Assembly: GCF_001194135.2 (NCBI RefSeq)
Contig: NC_068995.1
Location: forward strand, 55,749,717-55,796,856
DNA from: Octopus bimaculoides
Taxonomy: Eukaryota
Reading direction: 5' to 3'
DNA: 47,140 nucleotides
Of this stretch, positions 23,765 through 40,667 are shown piece by piece; the first letter of the stretch is position 1; each line of letters starts with the position of its first letter. A model generated the notes under the pieces. The model had not been told where the DNA came from. It saw nothing but the letters and a program-made list of their open reading frames with translations, and did not search any database. The translations under genes were made by a program, and so were the position numbers.

Positions 23765-24407
23765 TGGGATCTATTTTAAAACGGGGGTGCCAGTTTTCAT
23801 TTATGTTTTATGTAGTGTTTTTGGTACTGAAAGACTTTCAAACTTCGTATACTTATCTATTTTGTGTTATAGAACAGAAAAATATTTTTGTATTCGAATT
23901 TATTTCATGTAAAAAATTGTCTTATTTTGATAATTTCTACTAATCACTGACGTCTATTCAGTTGAAAACAGTTAGCGCTGTAACGGTGTATATCGTATTA
24001 ATCCCCTAACCCTAACTAGACTGTTAACCGTAACCCTAACCCTAAAACTAACCCGAACTCTAGAATCCGAACTCTAAAATTGTTACACACATAGATAACA
24101 CAGCGTAATTTATTATATAAACAATATATGCGTATAAATTACGATTAAACCGGATGAAATATGTCACAGGGAATAACATTTTTATGACCGCCCAGCAGTA
24201 ACTCTATTGAGCTGAATAGACGTCAGTGATTGGTTGAAATTACAGAAATACGACAACTTTAACATGGAATAACTTGAGAATTCCTTTTTTTTTTGTTAAG
24301 AAGACTAAGAGTATAAGATGTTTTATATGACACATTCTACCAGTGTCCCAAGTTTCAAAGTGTTTCGTTAAGAAAATACTGGCGCCCCCGTTTTAAAATA
24401 GATCCCA
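23765..24407. mobile_element. Non-autonomous fold-back DNA transposon with ~32-bp TIRs and internal (TAACCC)-like repeats
   Basis: TIR tgggatctattttaaaacggggg(t/c)gccagt at both ends, flanked by taca/taca. A second inverted block aatcactgacgtctattcag lies near 23943 and 24215-24234. Confidence 0.8.
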
Positions 24408-26130
24408 TACATGCATAATCGGGTTGATAAAATAAGCACTACTTGAGCTGTGGGGCAGTTGTAATTGATGTCCCCCTCCCCTCAAATTTTTTTCCATTTT
24501 CTTTTTTTAATTTCAACGCATTATTTAAACTATTGCAGAAAGATTGAATGATGTAATTCTTCTTTAATTCATTAGTATCATTGGATTTTTGTTTGTTTTT
24601 TTAATGACTGGTATAAATTGATGAAAGAACTCTCTTCCTTGTGACACGTAGCAAAACTGTTGGGTAGACGTGGCATTTTAGAAATACAAATCTCTGAAGT
24701 CACAATTTTGTTTATAGACGAATAGATCTAAGGGACATTACTCCTCCAAAACCAAAACAAAATCGTTTGTTTTAGAGGATTTCAATGTTGTGACAGGGTC
24801 CTTTTCTCGGCTTCATTTTTCAGATGTTGAATATGTATATTGTAATGACGATTAAATAAAAGTGTATGGTATCGATTTATTTGACTGAACCATTCAAAGC
24901 AGTGCTCCAGCATGACCACAGTTCAATGACTGAAATAAGTCAAAAATAGTCTCTAGAAACTTGGAAGAATCACACGCAGTTCAATATTTAATATCGATCT
25001 CTCAGATGAAGATGTAGCTTAGCTTTAACTAACAACATGGCTTATTCTTTTCTACTCTAGGCACAAGGCCCGAAATTTTTGCGGGGTGGGCCAGTCAGTT
25101 AGATCGATCCCCAGTACACAACTGGTACTTGATTTATCACCCCTGAAAGGCAAAGTCAACTTCACTGGAATGTGAACTCAGAACGTAAAGACAGACGAAA
25201 TACCGCTAAGCATCTCGCCCGTCGTGTTAACGCTTCTGCTAGCTTGCCATCTTAACGATGTGGCTTATTGAACAAAGATAATCGTTTTGAACTGAACTCT
25301 TTATGATCAGCAAAATAAGTATATACTAATATCTCGATGAAATGCAAACAGATGGTGCCTAGAAGACAACAAACGGGGGGTGGGGGGATCAATCTTGATG
25401 TTTTTTCATTCATTTCCATTTGAATTTGTCATACTTTAATATAGACATATGTACATGGATATGTGTCTATTCTTGTGCTCTTAATGTTCCAATCTGTATT
25501 CTCTGTACATTTGTAAGAGGAAAGTGTCTGTTGTAAAACACGTATACAATACCCATGAAACACACACGCACACAAACACATGCACACACACACATGCACA
25601 CATACACACATGCATACGCATTCTCACACAAGCACACACCAATAGAATGAAGGAGAGAGAGAAGGAAAGAGAAAGAAATATTACAATCAATTAATTGAAC
25701 ATGAGTGACGTAAACACTTCCCCTCGTAGGCAATAAGAAAAATATGATACAGATGTAAACAGAGAGAGAGAGAGATGAGAAGACAGACAGACAGTGAGGG
25801 AGAGAACATGTGAACCACTAAAGTGTCTGATGTCAAGTGTTGAATGAGTGACATCAAATAGGCAACACAAAAATGGTTGTGATGAAATGCTTCATACCCC
25901 TTATGGGTGGACACAATAGACAGTGCCTATTCAAACAAACACTATAAATATGAATCATCAATTATAAAAAATACAGGCTTTCCAGTTCGTTACTAAAACA
26001 ATAATTCAATGTACCGAATGGATTTGATATATTTCAGTAGATGGCTGCAACACTGACACTAGAGATGTGCAAGTTGCCATGCTTTTCAATGCTTCATGTT
26101 TATGCTACTACTTACAACTTCAGTCCTTTG

Positions 26131-26656
26131 CTCATGTGGAGCATAGGGCATTGGGGACCTCAACTCTGGCCTGTTTTCTCTCAGGTCTTACTCTTGTGGA
26201 GCATAGGGCATTGGGGACCTCAACTTTGGCCTGTTCTCTCTCAGGTCTTACTCTTGTGGAGCATAGGGCATTGGGGACCTCAACTCTGGCCTGTTTTCTC
26301 TCAGGTCTTACTCTTGTGGAGCATAGGGCATTGGGNNNNNNNNNNNNNNNNNNNNNNNNNNNNNNNNNNNNNNNNNNNNNNNNNNNNNNNNNNNNNNNNN
26401 NNNNNNNNNNNNNNNNNNNNNNNNNNNNNNNNNNNNNNNNNNNNNNNNNNNNNNNNNNNNNNNNNNNNNNNNNNNNNNNNNNNNNNNCATTGGGGACCTC
26501 AACTCTGGCCTGTTCTCTCTCAGGTCTTACTCTTGTGGAGCATAGGGCATTGGGGACCTCAACTCTGGCCTGTTCTCTCTCAGGTCTTACTCTTGTGGAG
26601 CATAGGGCATTGGGGACCTCAACTCTGGCCTGTTCTCTCTCAGGTCTTACTCTTGT
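26131..26656. repeat. 60-bp minisatellite spanning an assembly gap
   Basis: Unit ctcttgtggagcatagggcattggggacctcaactctggcctgtt(t/c)tctctcaggtctta; more than 3 copies before and about 3 after the N run 26336-26487. Confidence 0.95.
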
Positions 26657-27012
26657 AGTTTTTGGTTTTGTCCGGAATCATAACGGAATGGTAAGTACTT
26701 TCTGCAAAGAGATCATTACCAGCATTCTTTGTCAACCCTTCAACAATTGTGTTCCTTCACTGAATGGTGATTCTTCTTTCCCCATGTTTTAATGTCTTCG
26801 TGGAACTTTTAATGCAGTCTTAAACCAGTTGTATAAGCCTTGATGTTTGGTTTGGTTTGGTTTGGTTCACTTCCAACTCACTTGAAAGGCAAGCTTGTTG
26901 CAAATGTTCAAAGTTTTCCAATATAACTTCCCTTTCCTGTTGGTATCAACTTCAAGACAGTTTATCAAGACTTGGGAGAGTTGTCTGTTTTTCCTATCTT
27001 TTTGTTCTTGAC

Positions 27013-27332
27013 CAATGGTTCTCAACTGGGGTTCATATAAGATTTTTGTTGGGTCCACACAATATAGTAAATTGAGGATTCACAATACTATTTTAAAGGC
27101 TCTGAAAAAAATTTGCTTTAGATGTGTGTATTGCAAGAAACAATAGGTTTTCTTTCTCTAAGATTTTACATAGTTCAACCTATAGAAGTTAATGTGTGAT
27201 AAACAAATTAAGAACTTTGAAAGAATTATCTATAAAACTAGTTTTTAGACATCGAATGGCTATGGCGGGGGTCCACCAGAATAAAATAGTAATGAAAGGG
27301 GTCCATAGATAAAAAATAGTTGAGAACCCCTG
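27013..27332. mobile_element. Old hAT (Charlie-like) MITE
   Basis: Termini caatggttctcaac / gttgagaacccctg. The 8-bp flanks ttcttgac and ctccagag both resemble the NTCTAGAN Charlie target. Confidence 0.6.
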
Positions 27333-28258
27333 CTCCAGAGTCTCAGCTTAAAGATGAATTTTGTGTGCTTAGGTGACCTTGGTCGGCCTGTCCTGCCTAA
27401 TGGAATCAGATTTACTCTAAGTTAATGCACAGACAACTTGGTTCAAATTTAGGACTGAATTACTCTAAACCCGCTTCATTTGTATGCTTTTTAGGGGTGA
27501 GGGAATGGGGAGGGGACCGCCAACCACTCGGACTTTACCTTTTATTTGTTTCAATCATTACACTGTGACCATGCAGGGGCACTATCTTGGAAAGTTTAGT
27601 GAAAAAAAAATTAAAGCCAGTAGATATTTTTTAAGTCTGGCACTCTTATTTCTATTCTATCAGACTTTGTTGTCAAATAGCGGAGTTATGAGAACGTAAA
27701 CAAACCAATACCGATTGGCAAGTGATGGTGGGACAAACAAAAAGACACACGCATGTGACAGGTTTCCATACTGACAGCCAACTAACCAGAAAGGAAATAG
27801 ATATTAATTTTTCTTTTTATTTTCTATAAACATAACTTTAATAAAACAATAACTTGAAATTCATTGTAACCAGAAGTTTTTAATTTTTGCAAGACGTTGA
27901 GTAAAGTTGAATTGCCGATCACCATCTTTGCTCCAGAAAAGAAAAGAAAAAAAAAAAAGGTGGGGCGAGAAATATTGTTAAATTTTTTCTTCCAAGTACT
28001 TGAAGTTTTTCAAATATTTACCAAATTGTTTTCAAAAACTGTAGTTTAGCATGCTGAGGATGAAAATCACATTCTTAGAAAATAGTCTGGAGACAATTTG
28101 AAGTAGTTGGGGAAAAAATTTAACAAGATCTGTAAACTATTTTGCGTCAATTTCGTTTCCCTTGGCGAAATTGATTGTCGCCGTCTGCTGCTGTTGTATA
28201 TTTCATGAAAGAGACATGTACTTTTAGCGGAGACGAGGAGGTTAGCGATAAATTATTA

Positions 28259-28318
28259 ACCAATCACAGAGGGCGGCTGAACAGTTACTGCGGTGTCAGC
28301 CAAACTTCCGCTCTTCCG
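28259..28318 (+). promoter_or_regulatory. Probable NSUN4 proximal promoter: CCAAT box and tandem CTTCCG (ETS/GABP-type) motifs
   Basis: ccaatcac at about 28259, gggcgg, and acttccgctcttccg at 28304-28318 just upstream of the ATG. Function is inferred. Confidence 0.4.
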
Positions 28319-28361
28319 ACCGCATGTCCTTGACGGCATGCGAAGAAGAAACTAAAGGAAT

Positions 28362-32995
<4,634 letters not shown>

Positions 32996-33075
32996 CTGCT
33001 TTTTTTTAACTAAATTGCTTTCTCAATTTTTTTTTGTGTTTTTTTTTTAATTTATTATTACTATTATTATTATTA

Positions 33076-33310
33076 AAGGTTGTGAGCTGTTAGAATCGTT
33101 AGCGCACCAGGCAAAATGCTTAGTGGTATTTCATCTGCCGCTATGTTCTGAGTTCAAATTCCGCCGAGGTCGACTTTGCCTTTCATCCTTTCGGGGTCGA
33201 TAAATTAAGTAACAGCGAAACACTGGGGTCAATGTAATGACTAATCCCCTCCCCCAAAATTTCAGGCCTTGTGCCTATAGTAGAAAGGATTATTATTATT
33301 ATTATTATGA
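33076..33310 (+). mobile_element. tRNA-derived SINE family C with (ATT)n tail, about 80 nt after the NSUN4 stop
   Basis: gagctg..agaatcgttagc..ttctgagttcaaattccgccgaggtcgactttgcctttcatcc..ggccttgtgcct..(att)n. Other copies at 25040-25250 (-), 35015-35275, 42375-42600, 45830-46040 and 46065-46230. Confidence 0.75.
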
Positions 33311-34651
33311 TTATAATTGAGTGAGAGAGCAGTGCATGCTGTTAAAGTGACACTGGAGTAAAATATACGAAACCCAGTATACCCATCATGACTACCTGTC
33401 TGACAAGGGTACACCAGGAACATGCAACACAACCATATGTGCGCAACATGGTGATCTCATATCAAGCTACTTACCACACAGGCACGACTCCGTAGTTTTT
33501 TTTTATCTCTAACACTGACACCCTTGGTGATGGAAAGACAAATAAGCGCCAATGAAATATTAAATTGAGGAATCTTATTACATACTTTTGAAGTTTACTA
33601 ATGCCTTTGAAATTGAAGAAACAATAATGTTATTTATTTGAATTTACTTACAAATCACAGGAACATAAAATTTACTGCAATCTTTTGATTACAAGATTTT
33701 GTTGTCAATATTGAAATATTTTTCAGTTTACTTTTCTATTCAAATTTGATCAGTCATAATTATATAACCTCTTTTATTTGTAATGAAATTAATTATTTAA
33801 TACGAGATGCCCCTTAACTCGGCAAAATTAAACATAAAACTATCTGGAGGCGGAATGCTTATAATGAAAATCATTTGTCTTACCTACTTCAAGGGAGGGA
33901 ACTCTAATAGTTCTCTTTCGGTGCTTTGTAAGCATTGTCACATTTCACTTGGTATCGCGTCCCCAAAATCAGATTTTGACAAGGGTGCAATTAGTGAAGA
34001 ATTTTAGGAAATTTAAGGTTTCACATAATGAAATAACGATTATTGTATGGTAGACATTGAGAAGAATGATTTAGAACCATCAGACTCGTACAAGTAACAT
34101 TCAACAACTTGAAAATTGTAAGTTTGGCAATTTGGTACCACACGTCTTAGTTGATATGATACTAGACTACTAGCAAGCAGGTTCTGAGTTCTTATCCACT
34201 GTAGGCGAACTGTTTTGGTAATCCTGAGTGATAATTGAATATAAATAAGGAATTTTGAACTTATTTCATTCCACAAATAGATGGATGTGTGTGTGTGTCT
34301 GTCACTTGACATTTGGAGTTGGTTTGTTTACGTCCCCATAATGTAGCGGTTCGGTTAAAGAGGCCGAATGAAAAAGTACAAGACTTGAAAAATAAAGTGT
34401 TGGGGGCGTGGTCGATTTGTTCGATTAAAACCTTCAGAGCTGCCCCAGCATGGCCGCAGTCCAATGACTAAAACGAATAAAAGCAGATAAAAGATTAAAT
34501 AAACAAATATATATACGACGGGCTTCTTTCAGTTTCCGTCTACCAAATCCACTCACAAGGCTTTGGTCGGCCCGAGGCTATAGTAGAGGACACTTGCCGA
34601 AGGTGCCACGTCGTGGGACTGAACTCGGAACCATGAGGTTCCTCCACGTTT

Positions 34652-35590
34652 TGAGTTCAAATACGGGCGGGGTTTGCGAAAAGAAAAAGAAAAACAAAAC
34701 AAGAAACAGCAGTCAGAACTTCACACCTACGACCACCCAAACTATCTTCATTTCAACGCAGGGCTTCCTTCTTTGTAGGTTGAATTTCCTTTATCGTAGT
34801 TTTCCTTTCTTCTCTCGTTCATTGTAACAAAATACAGATTTCATATTTCCAAATGTAAACGTCACAGCATTTATTATTNNNNNNNNNNNNNNNNNNNNNN
34901 NNNNNNNNNNNNNNNNNNNNNNNNNNNNNNNNNNNNNNNNNNNNNNNNNNNNNNNNNNNNNNNNNNNNNNNNNNNNNNNNNNNNNNNNNNNNNNNNNNNT
35001 TGAAAGCATTATTAAGGTGGCAAGTTGGCAGAATCGTTACCGCACCGGACAAAATGCTTATTAACATTTCTTCCGGCTTCACATTCTGAGCTCAAATTCC
35101 GTCGAGGTCGTCGACTTTGCCGGTCCCCCCACCCTCACACCCCGAGGTCAATAAAATAAAGTACCAATTGAATATTGGAGGGGGGAGGGAACGAAGTGAT
35201 CGGCTTACTGTCTCTCTTCGAATCGCTGGCCTTGTAAACCTTGTCGAAAGAATTACTATTATTATTATTATTATTACCTACCTTGCTAAACGGAGTTCTC
35301 TAAATGGTGAGTTCGGAATGATTTGTCAATGGCAATCATAACAATAACATCACTGCAATGACGTGAGTTCAAATACGGGCGGGGTTTGCGAAAAGAAAAA
35401 GAAAAACAAAACAAGAAACAGCAGTCAGAACTTCACACCTACGACCACCCAAACTATCTTCATTTCAACGCAGGGCTTCCTTCTTTGTAGGTTGAATTTC
35501 CTTTATCGTAGTTTTCCTTTCTTCTCTCGTTCATTGTAACAAAATACAGATTTCATATTTCCAAATGTAAACGTCACAGCATTTATTATT
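34652..35590 (+). repeat. Identical 227-bp direct duplication (34652-34878 = 35364-35590) flanking an N gap
   Basis: Letter-for-letter identity; the first copy ends exactly at the gap. Confidence 0.9.
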
Positions 35591-36386
35591 GTCCTCTGTT
35601 TTAGTTTCCATGCGTCGTGGCAGTTGGTTATTGGTGAAGTATTCATTATATTATTTGATTTTTCCGTTCTTGCCAAGACTCTTTAATTATACATGTCAAT
35701 CTATAGACACACATAGATGTATCCTTGTTTATATATGAGTATAAAGTATACATTATATGTTAATAGTTTAATTTATGCGCGATAGCTAGATGTTAATGCA
35801 TAATTGAGGCAGTATACAGATCTAATTATAAAGTGTTGGTCAACATGTTCTTCCTTAGTATAACAAAACCATATTAAACTGCTGTGTTTGTAAACATTTG
35901 CCACACGCGTTTCATGATTCTTTTATCGGTGAAAACGGAAATCAAGAATTCCTTCAATTGCAACGATGTAAAGAAGAGCGAACTACTTCTTGCCAATATT
36001 TTGGTTTCATCAATTATATTAAGAACTGCTTCGTTTGTTACATTTTTTCCTAATATCTTAAAATAATAGATGTAATTCGATAACTTTATTCTTTTTATGA
36101 TTTGCTTAGAAACGAAACAAGTAGGACGACAAAAACACCAAATCAATTGAGTTATTTTGGGCAGTTTTCACGGATTATTGTCATATTTAGATACTTTGGA
36201 AACTCTTAGTTTTAATTTGTAAGTTGTTTTTATTTTGTATTTTCCGTGTTATTGTTATTACAAATACCAGTATTTGCTTTTGGTTTTCTAATGTGGACAA
36301 ATAGGTTTAGAATAACGTGCGTACGTTGGAGATGACCATTCCATAAAAGTTTCAACTCTTAGTACCCGATTGTTTTTCTTTTTTAG

Positions 36387-36655
36387 GTGGTAGACATTCC
36401 TTCAACTTGCATCGATCTGATATTGATCTCGAGTAACCAGGACGACAAATATATAAGCAGTGCCCGGCAGTGGGTATGATCTGGATGCAACGTGAAGGGC
36501 GAAATACCCGATATACACCCGCCCTCGTCTCACACTTTTCACCGTTCCCCTAATAGCTGTGCTCAGATCTTCGAACCCAAACGATCCATCGTATGGTGCC
36601 TTATTTAAAAAAAAGTCAATTTTGTTTTTCTACCAACTGTTTCCAGATATATCAA
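36387..36655 (+). other. Candidate 5' UTR exon of the YccV-like gene
   Basis: Long poly-T acceptor (ttttttag|GTGG), CpG-richer unique sequence, and CAA|gtaaga donor. No transcript evidence is available. Confidence 0.35.
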
Positions 36656-37466
36656 GTAAGAATTTATTATTTGTTCTACTTTCAGTCGTTCGCTTTTTAT
36701 ATTTTGGTGTCCCTCCAATAACAAACCACATTGTTGATTTGATGCTAACGAAAAGCTTCCTGACCATAAGAAGTCCCTTTTGGACTGGCTATTTCTAGAA
36801 TAGCATGGTCAATTAATCAAAACACGTCGGAAGGGAATCTGAAGAAATTAACTGATGGTCTCTGTCGGGAAATAGTTATTGATAAAAGTTCAAAACAGAA
36901 GACTAGATTATTTCGTGACGAAGATAAGACTGCGTTAATTCGCTGATGAGTTTAAGTTGGCTTCTTTTATTTCTTCGCCCCATTAAAAATTAATCACACT
37001 GTGCGAAGGGACATTTTGGACAGATGCCTCCAACACCGCACACACGCAAACACACACAATCGTATCTTTCTCTATATATATATGTGTGTGTGTGTATGTA
37101 TGTGTGAGTGTGTGCGGTTAACGCATGTATATACTGGCGAAATTACAAAACATTTTTTTTTTCCTTTAGAGAATTCTTCAGTTGAAATTTACACAACTTA
37201 AGAACGATTCGAAGATGAAAATCTAATTCGTTTCCATTAATATGTAAAATCGCTGCAAAAATTTCTGACACGTGGCAGTTGTTGATTTAAAGAATTTGTT
37301 TATTGACTCTAAAGAAATATAAACACATTTGAGTTTCGTTCGTTTACTTGTGTCTTTCCTTTCGTTATTTCTATCTTGTCCTCCTTCGTCAAATTCTCCG
37401 ACACTTTTGTTGACATTTTTTTTTCATTTCAACTTCGTCGTCATTTTAAATTAAAGTATATATATA

Positions 37467-37500
<34 letters not shown>

Positions 37501-38372
37501 AAGTGTATTTATATATATTTCATATAAGTGTATATATATGTGAGTATATATGTATATATGTGTGTGTTAACAACAAACAAGATGGGGACAAATAGCCGTC
37601 AAATGTAAATAATGTACTACATTTGTATGTTAGATGGGGGTTAAGGAAGGAAGAAAGAAGTTGGGGGGTAGAGCAGGTTGTTGTTGTTGTAAAGGAGCTA
37701 CATGGCTACTCACATTTAGGGGAGAGAAAGAGAATGAATGATAGGCATCTGCAATATAGACAGTAATGGCAGGTTGCAGGAAGAGTATGGGTGGGTGGGG
37801 TGTTAGGGATTTGCAAGAGTATATGGGGGAAGTGGCAGAGAGAGGTGGGCAACATGGGGAGGGTAGGACATGAATAAAAGGGGTTTGTTTTTCAAACTGT
37901 TAACATACAGACTGACATGGAGACAGACACATACATGTTACATTCACACATACAAACACACACACACATGTATGCATGCAGGGCAAACTTTTGCACAGTT
38001 TCATTCACAAGACATTGGTCCATTCAGTGTTGTAGCCAAAGACACATTACCCAAGATGCCATACAATAGGATTGAACCCAAACCATTCAACCTCAAAACA
38101 AACTTCTTAACCATATAGCTATGCGTGTGCCTTTGATAGATAAAATACCCATGTTTCTTTTCAATTTATTTAAAAAAGAAAACTTTTATGATTTTTTAAA
38201 ATACAAACTTATTTGTTTTTTTCTTGTTTTTGTTTTTTTGATAAATTTAAAAACAAAAATGAATATTTAAAATTATTGATCTTATCATTGCTTGATTGAG
38301 TAAAATTTTTCATCCCAGCCCTGACAAGCTCAGTTCTTGGCAGATTCACCTGAGAAGCAATTGGCACAGAAA

Positions 38373-38494
38373 ATGCCTCTGCAAAGAATAGCTGTGTTCC
38401 ACCTTGGGCTTTTACTGTTGGTGTTACCCTTCCAATATTTTATCACAAGGATTTCAACGACCTCAGAATCCCAAAGAATCAATCAATTACAAGA
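38373..38494 (+). CDS. YccV-like gene coding exon 1 (122 nt; signal/TM segment)
   Basis: ATG in AAAATGC context, hydrophobic IAVFHLGLLLLVLPFQYFI, phase-2 gtaaag donor matching the next exon. Upstream acceptor at 38318 implies 5' UTR exons. Confidence 0.8.
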
Positions 38495-40633
38495 GTAAAG
38501 TACTTCATTTTATTTATTTTTATTTTTTCTTTCTTTTGTTTTGCCCTTCTTTTCACTTCTTTCTTTCATTTTGTTCCGTCATTCATTTAACATCCCTTTT
38601 TTTTATGTTGGCCTGTGTTTAAACAGGGAGTTATTTGGGACAGGTTATTACAGTCAGATAGTTTTCCCCCTTGCCAACTCTTACTTGGGTTTTCAAGTAA
38701 GAGATGCTTTTTATTTTGGAGTTCTTGAAAAATGCAGAGCAAATGGTCAGAATGTCTACAAGAAATGTAAGCATCACCAGATCTGTGCTTTACTGGTGCC
38801 AAGCATGGAATCAGCATCATCATTTAATGTCTGCTCTCCATGCTAGCATAGGTTGGTCTGTTTGACTGAGGACTGGCAAGCCAGGAGGCTGCACCAAACT
38901 CCAATCTGATCTAGGAAGGTTTCTACAGCTGGGTACCCTTCCTAATGCCAACCTCTCCAAGAGTGTAGTGGGTGCTTTTTACGTGCCATCGGCATGGGAG
39001 CCAGTCTGGTGGCACTGGCATCGGCAATGCTCAAGTGGTGCGTTTTACGTGCCACTGGCACAGGCGGTAATGGCATCAGCCACGACAACGACTTCACTTG
39101 ACTCAACAGGTCCTCTCAAGCACAGCATATTGCCCAGCGATTGAAGGGTATTCTTAAAGGGGTCAGTTATGTGACACTAGCATTGCCCATGACTATGGTC
39201 TCACTTGGCTTGCTGGGTCTTCTCAAGCGCAGCATATCTCCAAAGGTCTCGATTGCTTGTCATTGGCTCTGTGAGGCCCAGCTTTCAAAGCTTGTGCTTC
39301 ACCACTTCATCCTAGGTCTTCCTGGGCCTACCTCCGCCACAGGTTCCCTCCACTGTTAGGGTGTGACACTTCACACAGCTGTCCTCATCCATATGCATCA
39401 CATGACCACACCAGCACAGTTGTCTCTCTTGCACACCACATCTAGAATCAGCCGAAACGTTGTGTTAGCAACAAACAAGAGGAAGACAAGTATCTGTCAA
39501 ATGTAAATAGTGTACACAGTTCCTCATCTCTTAAATATAGAACTGTATCAACAATGAATTCATGCTGTTTCTATACTAAGCTTTCTGTGTTCGTTTTTTT
39601 CTGTTTAGTGTTGTGAAATCAGTGTCAGTCTTCAGACAAAAGTATTTATCTTGGGAATCCTGGCAGCGATGGTGCAATGATTTATTTGAAACTGTAAATA
39701 AAAAGTTACCAGCCTCAAAGCCATTAAATAAAGATGAATCTGAAGCAGAATCTCCAGCTTATTTTGCTAGTAAGTTTCTTGCTTATATTTTTATGCGCAG
39801 GGGTGGTTGGCTGATTGAGAAGCATACTTCCCAACCCGTGTGGTCTTGGGTTCACTACCACTGCATGGCACTTCGAGCAAGTGTTTTCTGTTATGAAAAC
39901 ACTAGACACTGTTTGCATGGTGGTAGCATTTGTTTACAACTGTCATGTGATATGAAGACAAGGAGACAGCAACACACACACACACACACACACACACGTA
40001 CACAATGGGTTTCTTTCAGTTTCTGTCTACTAAATCCACTCCCAAGGCTTTGGTTAGCCCTGGGCTATAGTAGAAGGCGCTTGCCCTAAATGCCTGCCAT
40101 GCACTGGAACTTAACCCTGTGGTTGGCAAGACCCGTGTCTGTCCCATATTTAGGAAAAGATAATATTGTATCATAAACCTGTTGAACTCATAACAACATT
40201 AACAGCAATGAAACTTTGTATTGATTTTCAAATTGTTTGATTGAAAACTGAGATATTTTCATAGATTTCAATCTGTTCAAATTTCAGCCTCTTTAAAGCC
40301 AAGAAGCCCTCGACCAAGCAATGTTGAGTTTCGAGTTGGTCAAGTGATAAAGCACAAAATCTGGGGTTACCGTGGTGTCATAATAGGCTGGGATAAAGTC
40401 GCAATCGTAAGTTCAATTCCTTGTGAAACCCTCTGTTTTGTCATCTTTCTGTTTCATTTTTCTTTCATTGGGGCAGATATGGCTGTGTGGTTAAGAATCT
40501 CACTTTGAAATCTGGTGGTTTGAGGTTCAATTCCTCTGTATGACACCTTGAGTAAGTGTTTTCTACTATAGTTCTGGGCCGATCAATGCCTTGTGAGTGA
40601 ATCTGAGAGACAAAAACTGTGTGGAAGCCCATC

Positions 40634-40667
<34 letters not shown>

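Noticed and set aside
26131-26656. Regular direct repeats resembling a CRISPR array or a repeat-protein CDS
   Set aside because: The units are contiguous with no unique spacers, there are no cas genes, and the context is eukaryotic. The open frames follow simply from the 60-nt period.
37789-37808. G-quadruplex-compatible GGGTGGGTGGGGTGTTAGGG
   Set aside because: An isolated motif in a purine-rich intronic low-complexity tract with no supporting context.
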